Assembly (NCBI GenBank): GCA_007376405.1
Contig: VMGD01000004.1
Span: 8,960-72,959 of the forward strand
Source: Microgenomates group bacterium Gr01-1014_7
GTDB lineage: Bacteria; Patescibacteriota; Microgenomatia; Daviesbacterales; UBA10151
DNA: 64,000 nt
Direction of reading: 5' to 3'
Part shown: in pieces, positions 18,133-28,178 of the stretch
Layout: each line of letters opens with the position of its first letter
How positions within the stretch are numbered: position 1 is the first letter of the stretch
Notes under the pieces: generated by a model
Databases searched by the model: none
Told to the model about the DNA's origin: nothing
The model's input: the letters and a program-made list of their open reading frames with translations, nothing else
Position numbers and translations under genes: made by a program

Positions 18133-19513
18133 TAAACCAATCTGGCGGACTCTGCTCACTCGTGAAGGAGTAGATATTACTACTCTGTCTGTATTAAATG
18201 AGGCCTTTTATAAATTTATTTGGGAATATACTAAGACGCGCGATTTAGCTTATTTTACCCATTTTAAGGATAGGGTATTTACCCACTATATTGCCTTGGA
18301 TCATAAAGAAGTAGGACGCTCTCTTAGGTTCAAATATTTTCCCAATCAAGAGGTAATAAAAAAGCTTTACTCAAAAGGCCTGGTAATTTTAAAAAAAGCC
18401 AAAAAAGATGATGTAACTTTAAGTAAAATATCTTCTCCTGGTTTTTCACAATTAAAAGAACTGTTAGCGGATTTTTATCAGGGATACCGGGAAATTAATT
18501 TTGTCTACAGCATTGCCGGCTGGCTGGCTATTGAGGCCTGGCAGAGCGATTTTGAGGAGTTACTGGAAAAATTAATCCGGCACAGTAATTTAACCGGCCA
18601 ATCCGAAAGAATCAAAGCTTCTGTTTATAAACCATGGAAAAAAACAGCCTTGCCCCAAATCCAGGAAAAACAATCCTTAGGTATTTCTCCTCGTAAACTG
18701 GCAGGGCAATACCAGTTTTTAAGAAGCTGGACATTAATTTGGTATAAACCAATTACAGTTAGTTGGATCAGGAACTTGGCAGTAGGGAATCAGGTTAAGC
18801 AAGAAGTCTATACCAAACAGCAGTTAAAAGAAATGCTCAAGCCCAACAAGCAAGAGTGGGAGATGATTGAGCTTACTCCATACCTGACCTTTTTTAAAGA
18901 CTGGAGAGATGATTTAAGAAGAGCTTATGTTTATAACTGGTCTTTTCTTTTTGACAAAATTGCCAAAAAATTTAATATTTCCCGGGAAGATTTAGGTTAC
19001 CTGACGTTTGATGAAATTAAAAAAGCTTTGTATAATGAAAAAATTCCCCTGCATCTTATTAAAGAAAGAAAAATAAATGGCTGTTTCATAGCCTTTGATT
19101 TAAAAACGAAAAAAATTCAGGCAATTAAGCTTTCCAAAGTTTATAGCCATGCCATGTCCCTGGCAAAAAAGTTAAGTAATAACAATGTAGTTTTGGGAAC
19201 AGTGGCCCAGACCGGAGTAGTTCAGGGCCATGTTAAAATTATCACAGGCTTTCATGATATTAAGAAAGTTCAAAAAGGTGAAATCCTGGTTGCTAATACC
19301 ACTCACCCCAATTATCTTCCGGCCATGCAAAAAGCCGCGGCTTTTATAACTAATGAGGGCGGAGTGATTAGCCACGCGGCAATTGTGGCCAGGGAAATGA
19401 AAAAGCCCTGTATTGTCGGAACAAAAAACGCCACTTTAATTTTACATGACGGAGATTTGGTGAAAGTTGATGCAAATGCGGGTAAAGTGATAATTTTAAA
19501 GAAAGCAGGGTAA
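18107..19513 (+). CDS. PEP-utilizer phosphohistidine (swivel) domain protein, paralog 3
   Basis: C-terminal ..AFITNEGGVISHAAIVAREMKKPCIVGT.. The start may lie a few codons downstream, since it overlaps the upstream gene by 26 nt. Confidence 0.7.
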   Translation: MELSESLADKPIWRTLLTREGVDITTLSVLNEAFYKFIWEYTKTRDLAYFTHFKDRVFTHYIALDHKEVGRSLRFKYFPNQEVIKKLYSKGLVILKKAKKDDVTLSKISSPGFSQLKELLADFYQGYREINFVYSIAGWLAIEAWQSDFEELLEKLIRHSNLTGQSERIKASVYKPWKKTALPQIQEKQSLGISPRKLAGQYQFLRSWTLIWYKPITVSWIRNLAVGNQVKQEVYTKQQLKEMLKPNKQEWEMIELTPYLTFFKDWRDDLRRAYVYNWSFLFDKIAKKFNISREDLGYLTFDEIKKALYNEKIPLHLIKERKINGCFIAFDLKTKKIQAIKLSKVYSHAMSLAKKLSNNNVVLGTVAQTGVVQGHVKIITGFHDIKKVQKGEILVANTTHPNYLPAMQKAAAFITNEGGVISHAAIVAREMKKPCIVGTKNATLILHDGDLVKVDANAGKVIILKKAG

Positions 19514-20464
19514 ATGTTTACTAAAAATTTTACTGAAATTACAAAGGAAGATACTAATATTGCCGGAGGCAAAGGGGCTTCTTTGGGAGAAATGACCGGG
19601 GCCGGGATTCCTATTCCTCCCGGATTTGTAATTTTAACTTATGGCTTTGACTGTCTTTTGCATTCCAACCAGCTGGTTTCGGAAATAGATTCTGCGCTAC
19701 ATGGGGTAAACCATGAAGATGCAAATTCAGTAGAACAGGCATCAGAAAAAATTAAAGGCTTGATTTTAAATGCCAAAATCCCTCCAGATCTTGAAACAGA
19801 AATTCTTAATGCTTTTGAAAATTTAAACTGTGAATTTGTGGCTGTTAGATCTTCAGCCACAGCAGAGGATGGATCAAGCACTTCCTGGGCAGGAGAACTG
19901 GAATCTTTCCTTAATACCACCAAAGAAACTTTACTGGAAAATGTCAAAAAATGCTGGTCCTCACTTTTTACCCCCAGAGCAATTTTTTACCGGTTTGAAA
20001 AAAAATTACATGAAACCCCTGTTTCAGTAGCTGTTGTTATCCAGAAAATGGTTAATAGTGAAGTTTCCGGAGTTGCTTTTTCTGTCCATCCCGTAACTGA
20101 GGATAGAAACCAACTGATAATTGAGGCGGGCCTTGGACTGGGAGAGGCAATAGTTTCCGGATCTTTAACTCCTGATTCTTATATAATTGACAAACAAGAT
20201 TTTTCTATAATTGATATTAGTATTGCTGAACAGGAAAGGAAAATGGTCAAAAAGATAAACGGAGGAAATGAATGGATTGATGTACCAGAAAGTGAAAGAA
20301 GCTTACAAAAACTTAATCCTGAACAAATTATTGAGCTTGCAAGGCTGGTTGTACAAATTGAAAACCATTATGGCTTTCCGGTTGATGTGGAATGGGCAAA
20401 AGAGCAGAAAAGATTTTTTATTACCCAATCCAGACCGATCACCACTCTAACCTCCAGACCCTAA
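19514..20464 (+). CDS. standalone PEP synthase/PPDK N-terminal ATP-grasp nucleotide-binding domain protein
   Basis: TKEDTNIAGGKGASLGEMTGAGIPIPPGFVI, VRSSATAEDGSSTSWAGELESF and DVEWAKEQKRFFITQSRPIT align along the whole PpsA N-domain. The ATG follows the upstream stop directly. Confidence 0.8.
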   Translation: MFTKNFTEITKEDTNIAGGKGASLGEMTGAGIPIPPGFVILTYGFDCLLHSNQLVSEIDSALHGVNHEDANSVEQASEKIKGLILNAKIPPDLETEILNAFENLNCEFVAVRSSATAEDGSSTSWAGELESFLNTTKETLLENVKKCWSSLFTPRAIFYRFEKKLHETPVSVAVVIQKMVNSEVSGVAFSVHPVTEDRNQLIIEAGLGLGEAIVSGSLTPDSYIIDKQDFSIIDISIAEQERKMVKKINGGNEWIDVPESERSLQKLNPEQIIELARLVVQIENHYGFPVDVEWAKEQKRFFITQSRPITTLTSRP

Positions 20465-20483
20465 GTAATTCACGCTCTTTTTT

Positions 20484-20516
20484 GTCAGGATTTTGTAAGG
20501 AATAAATCAAGCACTT
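20484..20516 (+). repeat. conserved 33-nt intergenic motif (copy B)
   Basis: GTCAGGATTTTGTAAGGAATAAATCAAGCACTT. Like copy A, it is followed by GTTTGACTT about 100 nt downstream (20618-20626; the copy A equivalent is at 10721-10729). Confidence 0.6.
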
Positions 20517-20643
20517 AATTAGTTAATGGTTTATGGTATATCGGAAGATTGTATATCGGAAACGATAATCGATAAACGAAAAGCCGATTAGGCGTTACGA
20601 TAAACAAATAGGAAAGTGTTTGACTTAAATCTTTGGAGGTTAT

Positions 20644-23600
20644 ATGCTGAATATAGAAAGACCAATTATGGCAGAAGGAACATCAGGACCAGAGGGAGGA
20701 GCAGTATCTCCTGGAGTATCTAAACCAGCGACTGTAGAAAGTAGGATTCCAGCAAACGAAATACGTGCCAACGCTGTGCTTACTGATACAGCGCGCTTAC
20801 AAAAGGCACAAGAAGCATTACGAACTCAACTTACAAAAGAGCAGCAAGATGCACTTTTAAGCGCCCATCAGGAGGCGGTAGGTGAGCTAGGTCAGGATCC
20901 TAGCCAGGAAGCTGGTGTGGGTAATTACACTCAAACTCAGCTTCTGCGAAAAGCAAGAATCCTAAATGAAGCTGGTTTTAGTAAAGAACAGATACATACT
21001 CTTTTAGAATCAGGATTAGCTGGAGTGCTTCCTGCTGCAGAATTTACAACATTTGATCCTGATGTTTATTCAAAAGACCATCGGCTCCGAAGCATTGCAG
21101 GGGAGATAGTGAGTAGTGTTACGGCAGGGGTTGCGGATGAAGATTTATTCAAAAGAAATTTGAGTCGACTTGAAAAATTAGTGGACGGAGGATTAGTAAC
21201 TGAGCTGGCTTTAGCTGATCAGCTTCGATTAAATCTGGAATTATGGCGCTTGGAGGCAACAGGTGAAATACCTCTTCAGACAGAGGATCCGCTTCTTACC
21301 GCACGTGATTTGGAAAGAATAAGACAAGAAGCAGCTAAAGAGGGTGGTAGCCAGTTTAGTATGGCTAGGGCTAAGTATGAGCATTTTAGCAGAATTAGCA
21401 ATAGAACAAGAAATCTATCTCCTCAACTTCAGATTGAACTCCAGAAAAAAAGAAAGGATGCTAGGGAAGGTCTCGTTAGGTTTAAGGAGGAGAAGCTTGA
21501 AGATGAGCCAGCTGCCCAGCAGGTAATAGAAGGAAGAACAGTGAACGTAGTTTTAAGAGATTTTAGAGAAGCAGTATTTAAATTCTATAAAAAGTTCAAG
21601 GCAGCCAAATCAAATGAGATATATGGTGGAGATAAAGATGCCGTTTTAAGACAGGCAAGACATGGTGGAGATTTTGAGGAGACAATGTTTGATGACTCAA
21701 TCCCTCTAAAAGAATTGGAAGGAATTTATGGGGGGTTGCTCAGATATATGTATACGGGTATTGCTCAGGAGATGGATAAAGAACAACACAGAAGAGATAC
21801 AAAAGATCCTTTAAACCCGATAGCACAGCAAGAATTTGAGGCAATTAAAAAACGCAGGGCCAAAGAGAGAAGAAGAGATAGAAAATACGAGACACGCTCA
21901 ACACATTATGGAGTAATCTATGAATTTAGCGCGGAAAATGCCGGAGAACTGCCTGACGCTGTTTTGGATTATACAAAAGACCAGATTTTTGCATTGCTGA
22001 AAAATCCCCCGGAAGATATAGACAAAGAAGTACGCAAAATTGAGGAAGAATCAGGGAGATATCTTGAGCAAAACCGTATCCGTTTAATTGAAGAAGGACA
22101 AGATATACCAGAGACTCATCCGGAGTTCGTAAGAGCCAAAGCTTTGGCTAAAGCAATACCAATTGTGCTGGGGTACGAACAAATACTTTATAAAGGCGGT
22201 GAGGAATCTGCACCAGCATATAAACTAAAAGCTGCAGCTGATTCTGCCGGTATCGAAGATGCAATTTATTTGGAAAACCCCACAGCGGCTTTACAAATGC
22301 ATCTGATTTCTACCTATAAAGATGGGATATATTGGTTAGGTCAGCGCTGGGATACGGAAAAGCCTGAAAGTGAGGATTATATACCCGGAGAAGGCGCGAC
22401 AAACGACTTAAGGAAAGAGATAGCAGAGGAGATTATTGGGTATGCGGCAACTCATGAGCTGTATTTATCTGATGAAATGACTCGCGGTGTATATCTTGAT
22501 GCAAATGGTGACCCGATTTTGGGTGAGGACGGTGAGGCAATTGGAGCTTTTACTTATAGGGAAGGGAAGCATTCGGGTGGAAGGGACCTAAGATATGCCT
22601 TTGATGACAATATAGAACAGCTACTTTTAGATCCTGATGGGTCAATTTGGACAAATACAGAGAGTAGACTTAGAGAACGAGGAGAAAGCCAGGATGAGAT
22701 CAACAAAGCCCGGGAAAGACACAGTATAAGGGTGGCAGTTTTCCAAAGGATCAAGGACAGGCATGATATAAGGGAAGGACTAAGTTTTGTTACCTATCAG
22801 GAAATAGCCAATTTAAAAAGACAAAATGGTGGCCGGTTTCCAACAGAGCAACAATTAGCAGCCGTATCCAAGCTGAAAAAGGATATTATGCTAGGTCAGT
22901 TGCAGCAACAAGGACTCTCGCCCCAACAAGCTGAAGAGCGGTTACGTCAAATAATGGATGAGCACAGAAAAGAGGGAATAAGAGCAAGAATAAAAGATCA
23001 GCTGAATCAGAAGACTAATTTAAGATATAGTGCTATCGCACAATTAACCCGTATAGCCCAGCTTGATCTTGAGGATGCTGATGATAAAGAAAGTCCCAGC
23101 GGTCCGCTTCATGACAAAATTCTTTGGAAATGGGTAGAGGATTATAACGCGTATCTAATTAAGATACGTCAGTCAAAATGGCATCCAAGCGGTTGGGACA
23201 GAGTAAGAGTTGATATTGATCGGCCTACCAAAGTTTTGGACAGAGAGCTTGAGGGGGATGAGCTGATGGCCATGTTTGAACTAAATCCTCTCATACTTAA
23301 ATACCCCGGACAGCTCAGTGATGAAGAAAAAGCCGAGAAAGATTACAAACTGGATGAGGCCAGATTCGGTTTTCAACTGGCCAGAAGTTATCAGGTTTTC
23401 CATGCGGTAGATACTATAACTGGAGGTATGAGAACCAGGTTAACAGATCCGAATACAGGAAAGTATTTAGGAAAATTATTTGGCGATGATGAGGAAACTA
23501 AAAAAGTAAACAGGCGTTTGGGGTTAACAGATGCACAAGGGAATGTAATAGATCCAAATAGGAAAATAGTGCGGGTATTTGATGTGGTTCAGACCAGGCT

Positions 23601-25389
23601 CGAAATAGCTATTGAGGAAGAAGCAGCAGTAATCAACCAGGCTAAAGTAGAGAGGGCTGATGCTTTGGCTTCCGGGGATCAAGCACGTATTGTGGAGGCT
23701 AGACTAAACTTAAGAGATATTATTCTCAATTCTCAATTTGTGGCCACCCATGTATTAAAAGAATTAGGATTGGTAGACGGTAAACTGCCTGTCTGGTCAT
23801 TTAATTTTTTGGATTCAACCACCATGGACGTTTTTACCGAAGCTTTGGCAGATTATGGAGTAGAAGTTGGTGAGTTTGTCGGTGCTGATCCGGGAGCTCC
23901 TGGTGTACCTATAACTCATAATAGTAAAAAAGAGTTTTACGAGATTATGGAAAGGGGCAGAAGAGCCTTAAAAGCAGAATACGACCGGGCTGCCGTGGAG
24001 TTTATGGAAGGTAGGTTTCCAACTAAGGATGATGCGGATAGACCTGCCAGATCTCTTTATATGGCTGCAAGCGATTTCGGTATAGATGAAGACCCTGTTA
24101 CCATTAGCGAGCGAAATAGAATAGTAAATATAGGAGCGGTTCGTGGAAACAGAAGAATCACTGAAACCAGATTTGAACTTTCCACCAGCGGAGGCGTTAT
24201 AGACTATGAACTTGTCTCAACCTTTGGAGATTTAGGATTTTATCCTTTGCCTGTTTGGTGGGGGAGAAAAGATATAAGGGGAATGCATGGATATTACAAA
24301 AGAAGAGACGAGAAAGAATATCATGATCATAAGTTTGCAGATGTAATGGATCCGGTTCAGCATGCCAAAGCACAAGCTGCAGCATATGTAGCAAGAAGGG
24401 CTTTAACCGGAGGGAAGCTATCTGAGATAGCTATGGCTTCAAAAACAAGTGGAATCACCCCGGGCTTCTTGAATGAGACTTTTCTAAGATCAATTGACAT
24501 ATCGGTACTTCTACGTGATTGGGCTGACAAAAGATTGTTGGAAGGATCTAACATAGGAATGAAGGATACAGAGAAATATGCTGACTTAATGAAAAAATGG
24601 CGTTCAGGTAGTAAGCTTTCGGCTGTCGAAGAAAATGAATTGGAAAAATTGAGACAATTAACTTATCTGGATTTTGACAAAATGGACAGGGATATGCAAA
24701 AACAGCTTTATGACACAACGTATGGTGTAATGACTTACCTTCTATATTATCTCCAAGGACTAAAAGAAGTGCAGCAGAACAGAATAGGCAATGCACCCAG
24801 GAATTATGTTTATGATGTTACATTGATGTGGTATGAGCTTAGGAGAGTTCTAAGAAGCGCTAGGAACAAAGAAAAAGGGATAATTGTCAGGCATAAATTT
24901 TCTCCAGAAGCAGGAAGTGAAATAGCCTTAAGAATGGCAGAGGTAATACTTGAGGATGCAGATTATCTATATTTAAAAGGCTATGAAAGAGCAAGACTTT
25001 ATAGAGAAGGAGCACAAATATTATCCCGAGCACTAACTAAACAGGAGAAACAAAATGGGTTTGTAATACCCGAAATACCAGAAGGTGAAAGGACATGGAC
25101 AAACCAGCCTGAAAGAGTTAGAAAAGCTCTAGAAACTATCAGAAGAAGAGGGTTATTGGATTTCATGATAGAAGAGGGATATCAGCTGTATGAAACTAAT
25201 GAAACTGATCCCAGGAGACGTCTTGTTATGCTTAAAAAGGGTGAGGATGGTTATGAAGAAGGTAAGGACAAACCAAAGCCAATTGGTCCGGAAATAATCG
25301 GAATGAAAGTACCGCCTCTGGTACAGGAGCAAATGGCTAAGCAAGATGGAAATAAAAAAGTACAACAGCATTTTGTGGCTGTAGTGTAA
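20644..25389 (+). CDS. giant hypothetical protein (1581 aa), charged/helical, no TM segment seen
   Basis: Uninterrupted 4.7-kb ORF in an AT-rich genome. An RBS GGAGG lies 7 nt upstream. No recognisable catalytic motif. Confidence 0.6.
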   Translation: MLNIERPIMAEGTSGPEGGAVSPGVSKPATVESRIPANEIRANAVLTDTARLQKAQEALRTQLTKEQQDALLSAHQEAVGELGQDPSQEAGVGNYTQTQLLRKARILNEAGFSKEQIHTLLESGLAGVLPAAEFTTFDPDVYSKDHRLRSIAGEIVSSVTAGVADEDLFKRNLSRLEKLVDGGLVTELALADQLRLNLELWRLEATGEIPLQTEDPLLTARDLERIRQEAAKEGGSQFSMARAKYEHFSRISNRTRNLSPQLQIELQKKRKDAREGLVRFKEEKLEDEPAAQQVIEGRTVNVVLRDFREAVFKFYKKFKAAKSNEIYGGDKDAVLRQARHGGDFEETMFDDSIPLKELEGIYGGLLRYMYTGIAQEMDKEQHRRDTKDPLNPIAQQEFEAIKKRRAKERRRDRKYETRSTHYGVIYEFSAENAGELPDAVLDYTKDQIFALLKNPPEDIDKEVRKIEEESGRYLEQNRIRLIEEGQDIPETHPEFVRAKALAKAIPIVLGYEQILYKGGEESAPAYKLKAAADSAGIEDAIYLENPTAALQMHLISTYKDGIYWLGQRWDTEKPESEDYIPGEGATNDLRKEIAEEIIGYAATHELYLSDEMTRGVYLDANGDPILGEDGEAIGAFTYREGKHSGGRDLRYAFDDNIEQLLLDPDGSIWTNTESRLRERGESQDEINKARERHSIRVAVFQRIKDRHDIREGLSFVTYQEIANLKRQNGGRFPTEQQLAAVSKLKKDIMLGQLQQQGLSPQQAEERLRQIMDEHRKEGIRARIKDQLNQKTNLRYSAIAQLTRIAQLDLEDADDKESPSGPLHDKILWKWVEDYNAYLIKIRQSKWHPSGWDRVRVDIDRPTKVLDRELEGDELMAMFELNPLILKYPGQLSDEEKAEKDYKLDEARFGFQLARSYQVFHAVDTITGGMRTRLTDPNTGKYLGKLFGDDEETKKVNRRLGLTDAQGNVIDPNRKIVRVFDVVQTRLEIAIEEEAAVINQAKVERADALASGDQARIVEARLNLRDIILNSQFVATHVLKELGLVDGKLPVWSFNFLDSTTMDVFTEALADYGVEVGEFVGADPGAPGVPITHNSKKEFYEIMERGRRALKAEYDRAAVEFMEGRFPTKDDADRPARSLYMAASDFGIDEDPVTISERNRIVNIGAVRGNRRITETRFELSTSGGVIDYELVSTFGDLGFYPLPVWWGRKDIRGMHGYYKRRDEKEYHDHKFADVMDPVQHAKAQAAAYVARRALTGGKLSEIAMASKTSGITPGFLNETFLRSIDISVLLRDWADKRLLEGSNIGMKDTEKYADLMKKWRSGSKLSAVEENELEKLRQLTYLDFDKMDRDMQKQLYDTTYGVMTYLLYYLQGLKEVQQNRIGNAPRNYVYDVTLMWYELRRVLRSARNKEKGIIVRHKFSPEAGSEIALRMAEVILEDADYLYLKGYERARLYREGAQILSRALTKQEKQNGFVIPEIPEGERTWTNQPERVRKALETIRRRGLLDFMIEEGYQLYETNETDPRRRLVMLKKGEDGYEEGKDKPKPIGPEIIGMKVPPLVQEQMAKQDGNKKVQQHFVAVV

Positions 25390-25398
25390 AATTTAAAT

Positions 25399-27201
25399 TT
25401 ACGGCTTCTTAATTGCACTAATTAACCCTGGTCTACCGTAAAGAGGTTGCCACCCAGCGGCTTTCTTACCTGGAATGGGTTGATACTGTACTTCTCCTGT
25501 AATACTCTGTCTAATCATACCTGTTGTTCCGCTTACAGCCCCTTGAGATTGACCAGCATATCTTTGGCCTGCTCCAATACCGCCGCTAATTTCCTGTCCT
25601 AATAGTTGTCCTGCCTGGCCCATTCTCCCGATAGCGCCAACAACAACATCCGGAATTTTAGGAAGAGCCATTAATGCCCCAAAAGCTAAAAGAATATGAA
25701 TAAAACCTAAATTTAGACCCCCAAATAAGGGTAATGTAGGGCCGGTAAACTGAACCGGGCCGCCTGCTGCAGATACACTTTGTATGAAGCCACTATTTTC
25801 TATCTGATTTGAGCTAGAGATTTTTAGAGGATAATCTGTGCCGATTTTGTCTGTACCTAAAATAAAAGCTACAAAATAAAATACAGCCAAAACTGCAGGG
25901 AAGATTAAGATATTGGCCAGCATATTTAAAATCCAGCCTGTTGCAATCCCTTGTCTACCAGGTAAAGCAGCAGCCATAAATTGAAAAGGGGCGGAAATAG
26001 TCAGAAAAATAATAGTTAAAAAAGCAGAAACCAGACGAAGGAGTAATCTGATCATGGCATATATTAATGCCAAGGTGGCAATAAAACCCAGGGCAAATCC
26101 AAAGGTAAACGTTGGAGCAGTAAATCCGACGATACCTGCAGCTAGTAAAGTCAGTAGTTGAGTCAGAGGTCCTATAATGAATGCCACAGGACCAGCGCCA
26201 GCACTGATTGCAGTACCAATTCCACCAATCCCTCCTGCAATTGGACCAAAGAATTGCGCGACTAAAAATCCTGCAATGGTTCTTAGCGTCAATTGAGTAA
26301 TCCCGGGCAATTGACCTATGATTGTGTCTAAGAATCCTGACACATCGTCATGGCCTACAATGCCTGTTAATGGACCAAATATGTTTATAACATTTTTATC
26401 AGAAATATGCTGAACTAAATTGGTTCTTTGCGGATCATTTGTCTGGTCCTGGGCTGCGGCAAAGTAATACCCCACTACATTTGTTCCCACAAAGGCCATG
26501 TCGGAAATTAGGGCTGCCAGGAAGTAGGAGAAAGTAATTAAGATCAGGCCGATTACCAGGCCGGGGAGGGCTGCCTGGGCTGTTATTACTGTTTGGGGGT
26601 TAATCCGGTTTCTAAACATCACCATCATTCCTATAATTACAAAAACTACTATCATGGCCACATAGGAAATATTTCTTGATACCTGCCAGAGTTTGCTTAT
26701 GGGGTCCAGCACCTGGGCCCCCGAGCCTATTACCTGGGCATGTGCGGGTTTTACAAACCCGATTTGCTCACCCAAGTTGGCCAGATACTGGGAGGTGCTG
26801 ATAGGGGGGTTGGCATACAGGGCCCCGATTATGGAAGTTGTTGCACCTAGCGCTCCTCCGGATAAATTAACCTGGGACAGCACCGGAATGCCGCTCTGGT
26901 AGGTCAGGCAGGGCGCTCCAATCACGGATGAACCAATAGCCAGACAGGAAAAGCTGTGGAACATGTTATGGACCAGCAGGTCGGTATAGAGGGGGGAGGT
27001 AGGGGATACGGTGGCAGGCAGACTTGTGGTGAGCCCCTCGACTTCGCTCGGGGTGAACTCCGTCGAACCAGAGGTGGTTTGGGCGAAAGCGGCAGGAGTA
27101 TAGAGTATTAAGTATAGAGTATAGAGTATAAAAACAAGAACAAGCTTTAGAAAACCCTTACGTCCGAAGGACGGGCGTATTATACTTAATACTTGATACA
27201 T
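25399..27201 (-). CDS. VirB6/TrbL-like polytopic membrane protein with signal peptide
   Basis: The probable start is MYQVLSIIRPSFGRKGFLKLVLVFILYTLYLILYTPAAFA-Q, a signal peptide. This is followed by an ~150-aa ectodomain, then at least 8 hydrophobic helices with Gly-rich loops. Adjacent to the pilin-like array. Confidence 0.45.
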   Translation of the reverse strand: MYQVLSIIRPSFGRKGFLKLVLVFILYTLYLILYTPAAFAQTTSGSTEFTPSEVEGLTTSLPATVSPTSPLYTDLLVHNMFHSFSCLAIGSSVIGAPCLTYQSGIPVLSQVNLSGGALGATTSIIGALYANPPISTSQYLANLGEQIGFVKPAHAQVIGSGAQVLDPISKLWQVSRNISYVAMIVVFVIIGMMVMFRNRINPQTVITAQAALPGLVIGLILITFSYFLAALISDMAFVGTNVVGYYFAAAQDQTNDPQRTNLVQHISDKNVINIFGPLTGIVGHDDVSGFLDTIIGQLPGITQLTLRTIAGFLVAQFFGPIAGGIGGIGTAISAGAGPVAFIIGPLTQLLTLLAAGIVGFTAPTFTFGFALGFIATLALIYAMIRLLLRLVSAFLTIIFLTISAPFQFMAAALPGRQGIATGWILNMLANILIFPAVLAVFYFVAFILGTDKIGTDYPLKISSSNQIENSGFIQSVSAAGGPVQFTGPTLPLFGGLNLGFIHILLAFGALMALPKIPDVVVGAIGRMGQAGQLLGQEISGGIGAGQRYAGQSQGAVSGTTGMIRQSITGEVQYQPIPGKKAAGWQPLYGRPGLISAIKKP

Positions 27202-27239
27202 AATACTAATTAAAGCCCTTTTAATTAAAAAATGCAACC

Positions 27240-27476
27240 CTATTTTACTTTATCCAGTAATTCAAAATATCTATCTCTGGAAATTCCTGCTGTAGTTAAG
27301 TTAGTGCGAATATGTGTGACAGCAACTTGATGGGGACTGATTTTAATTACAACTGGTCGCATAATCCCTGGTTTTGTCATGGAGATATGATCCCCTTTAG
27401 TTCTGGAAACTTGGAATCCCTCATGTTCAAAAATCTGTACTAATTTCTTATAGTGGATTGGAACAATTTTTGGCAT
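27240..27476 (-). CDS. hicA: HicA-like toxin (YcfA family)
   Basis: 78 aa with a GDHISMTKPG-type motif. Immediately downstream of the HicB-like gene. Confidence 0.55.
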   Translation of the reverse strand: MPKIVPIHYKKLVQIFEHEGFQVSRTKGDHISMTKPGIMRPVVIKISPHQVAVTHIRTNLTTAGISRDRYFELLDKVK

Positions 27477-27740
27477 TTAAAATCCTAAGGCCATACGTCC
27501 TGCAACTAAAGGATCATCACTGCGCCACAATCTATTTTCAGGTTTAAATCCAGCTTCAGTTAATACATCCTCCAATGTCCCCATTCTTTTACATTCCTCC
27601 AAGAAAAGCTCAACAGCCTCTTTTAAAGAAACCTTGGCCTCTTTTTTTGTGCTACCGAAACTGGAAACATTTAGCTCGGGGGCAACAGCCACATATTGAC
27701 CATCTTCTTTAAATATTTCAATCCGAAAATTAAGTTGCAT
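27477..27740 (-). CDS. hicB: HicB-like antitoxin (UPF0150)
   Basis: ..FKEDGQYVAVAPELNVSSFGSTKKEAKVSLKEAVELFLE.. matches the HicB N-domain. Confidence 0.55.
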   Translation of the reverse strand: MQLNFRIEIFKEDGQYVAVAPELNVSSFGSTKKEAKVSLKEAVELFLEECKRMGTLEDVLTEAGFKPENRLWRSDDPLVAGRMALGF

Positions 27741-28178
27741 AATAATTTTAGTTTATCTTTTCTGTTTGAAAATTGCAACATTCATTCTGTTACTTTTTCA
27801 TCTCATGAATATGGGATTGAAGATGTGACAGGAAACATGTTACCGAGTTACTTTTCATTCACTCATCCCCCTCAATAAAGAAGGTCTCTTTCCTTAAGCT
27901 AGGCTGTTACCTGTGTAGTCGCTTCCATAAGCCTTTCGAGCCCATGCTAACAGCTATTCTTGAATATATGCATATGTTCGCAAGCGAATAGTAGTCGTCC
28001 CACAATTAAATATTATATCACGATATTTTCCCGCTTCCTCATAAATTTGCTACCATTGACCGGAATAACTATTTTGATCAAATTCAGAAAGCGCTGGGAA
28101 AATAACACGCTTGTCTTTTTCGTCTCATTATGATACGATTAAATTAGACTAATAATTAGACTAATTTTAGACTGATTT

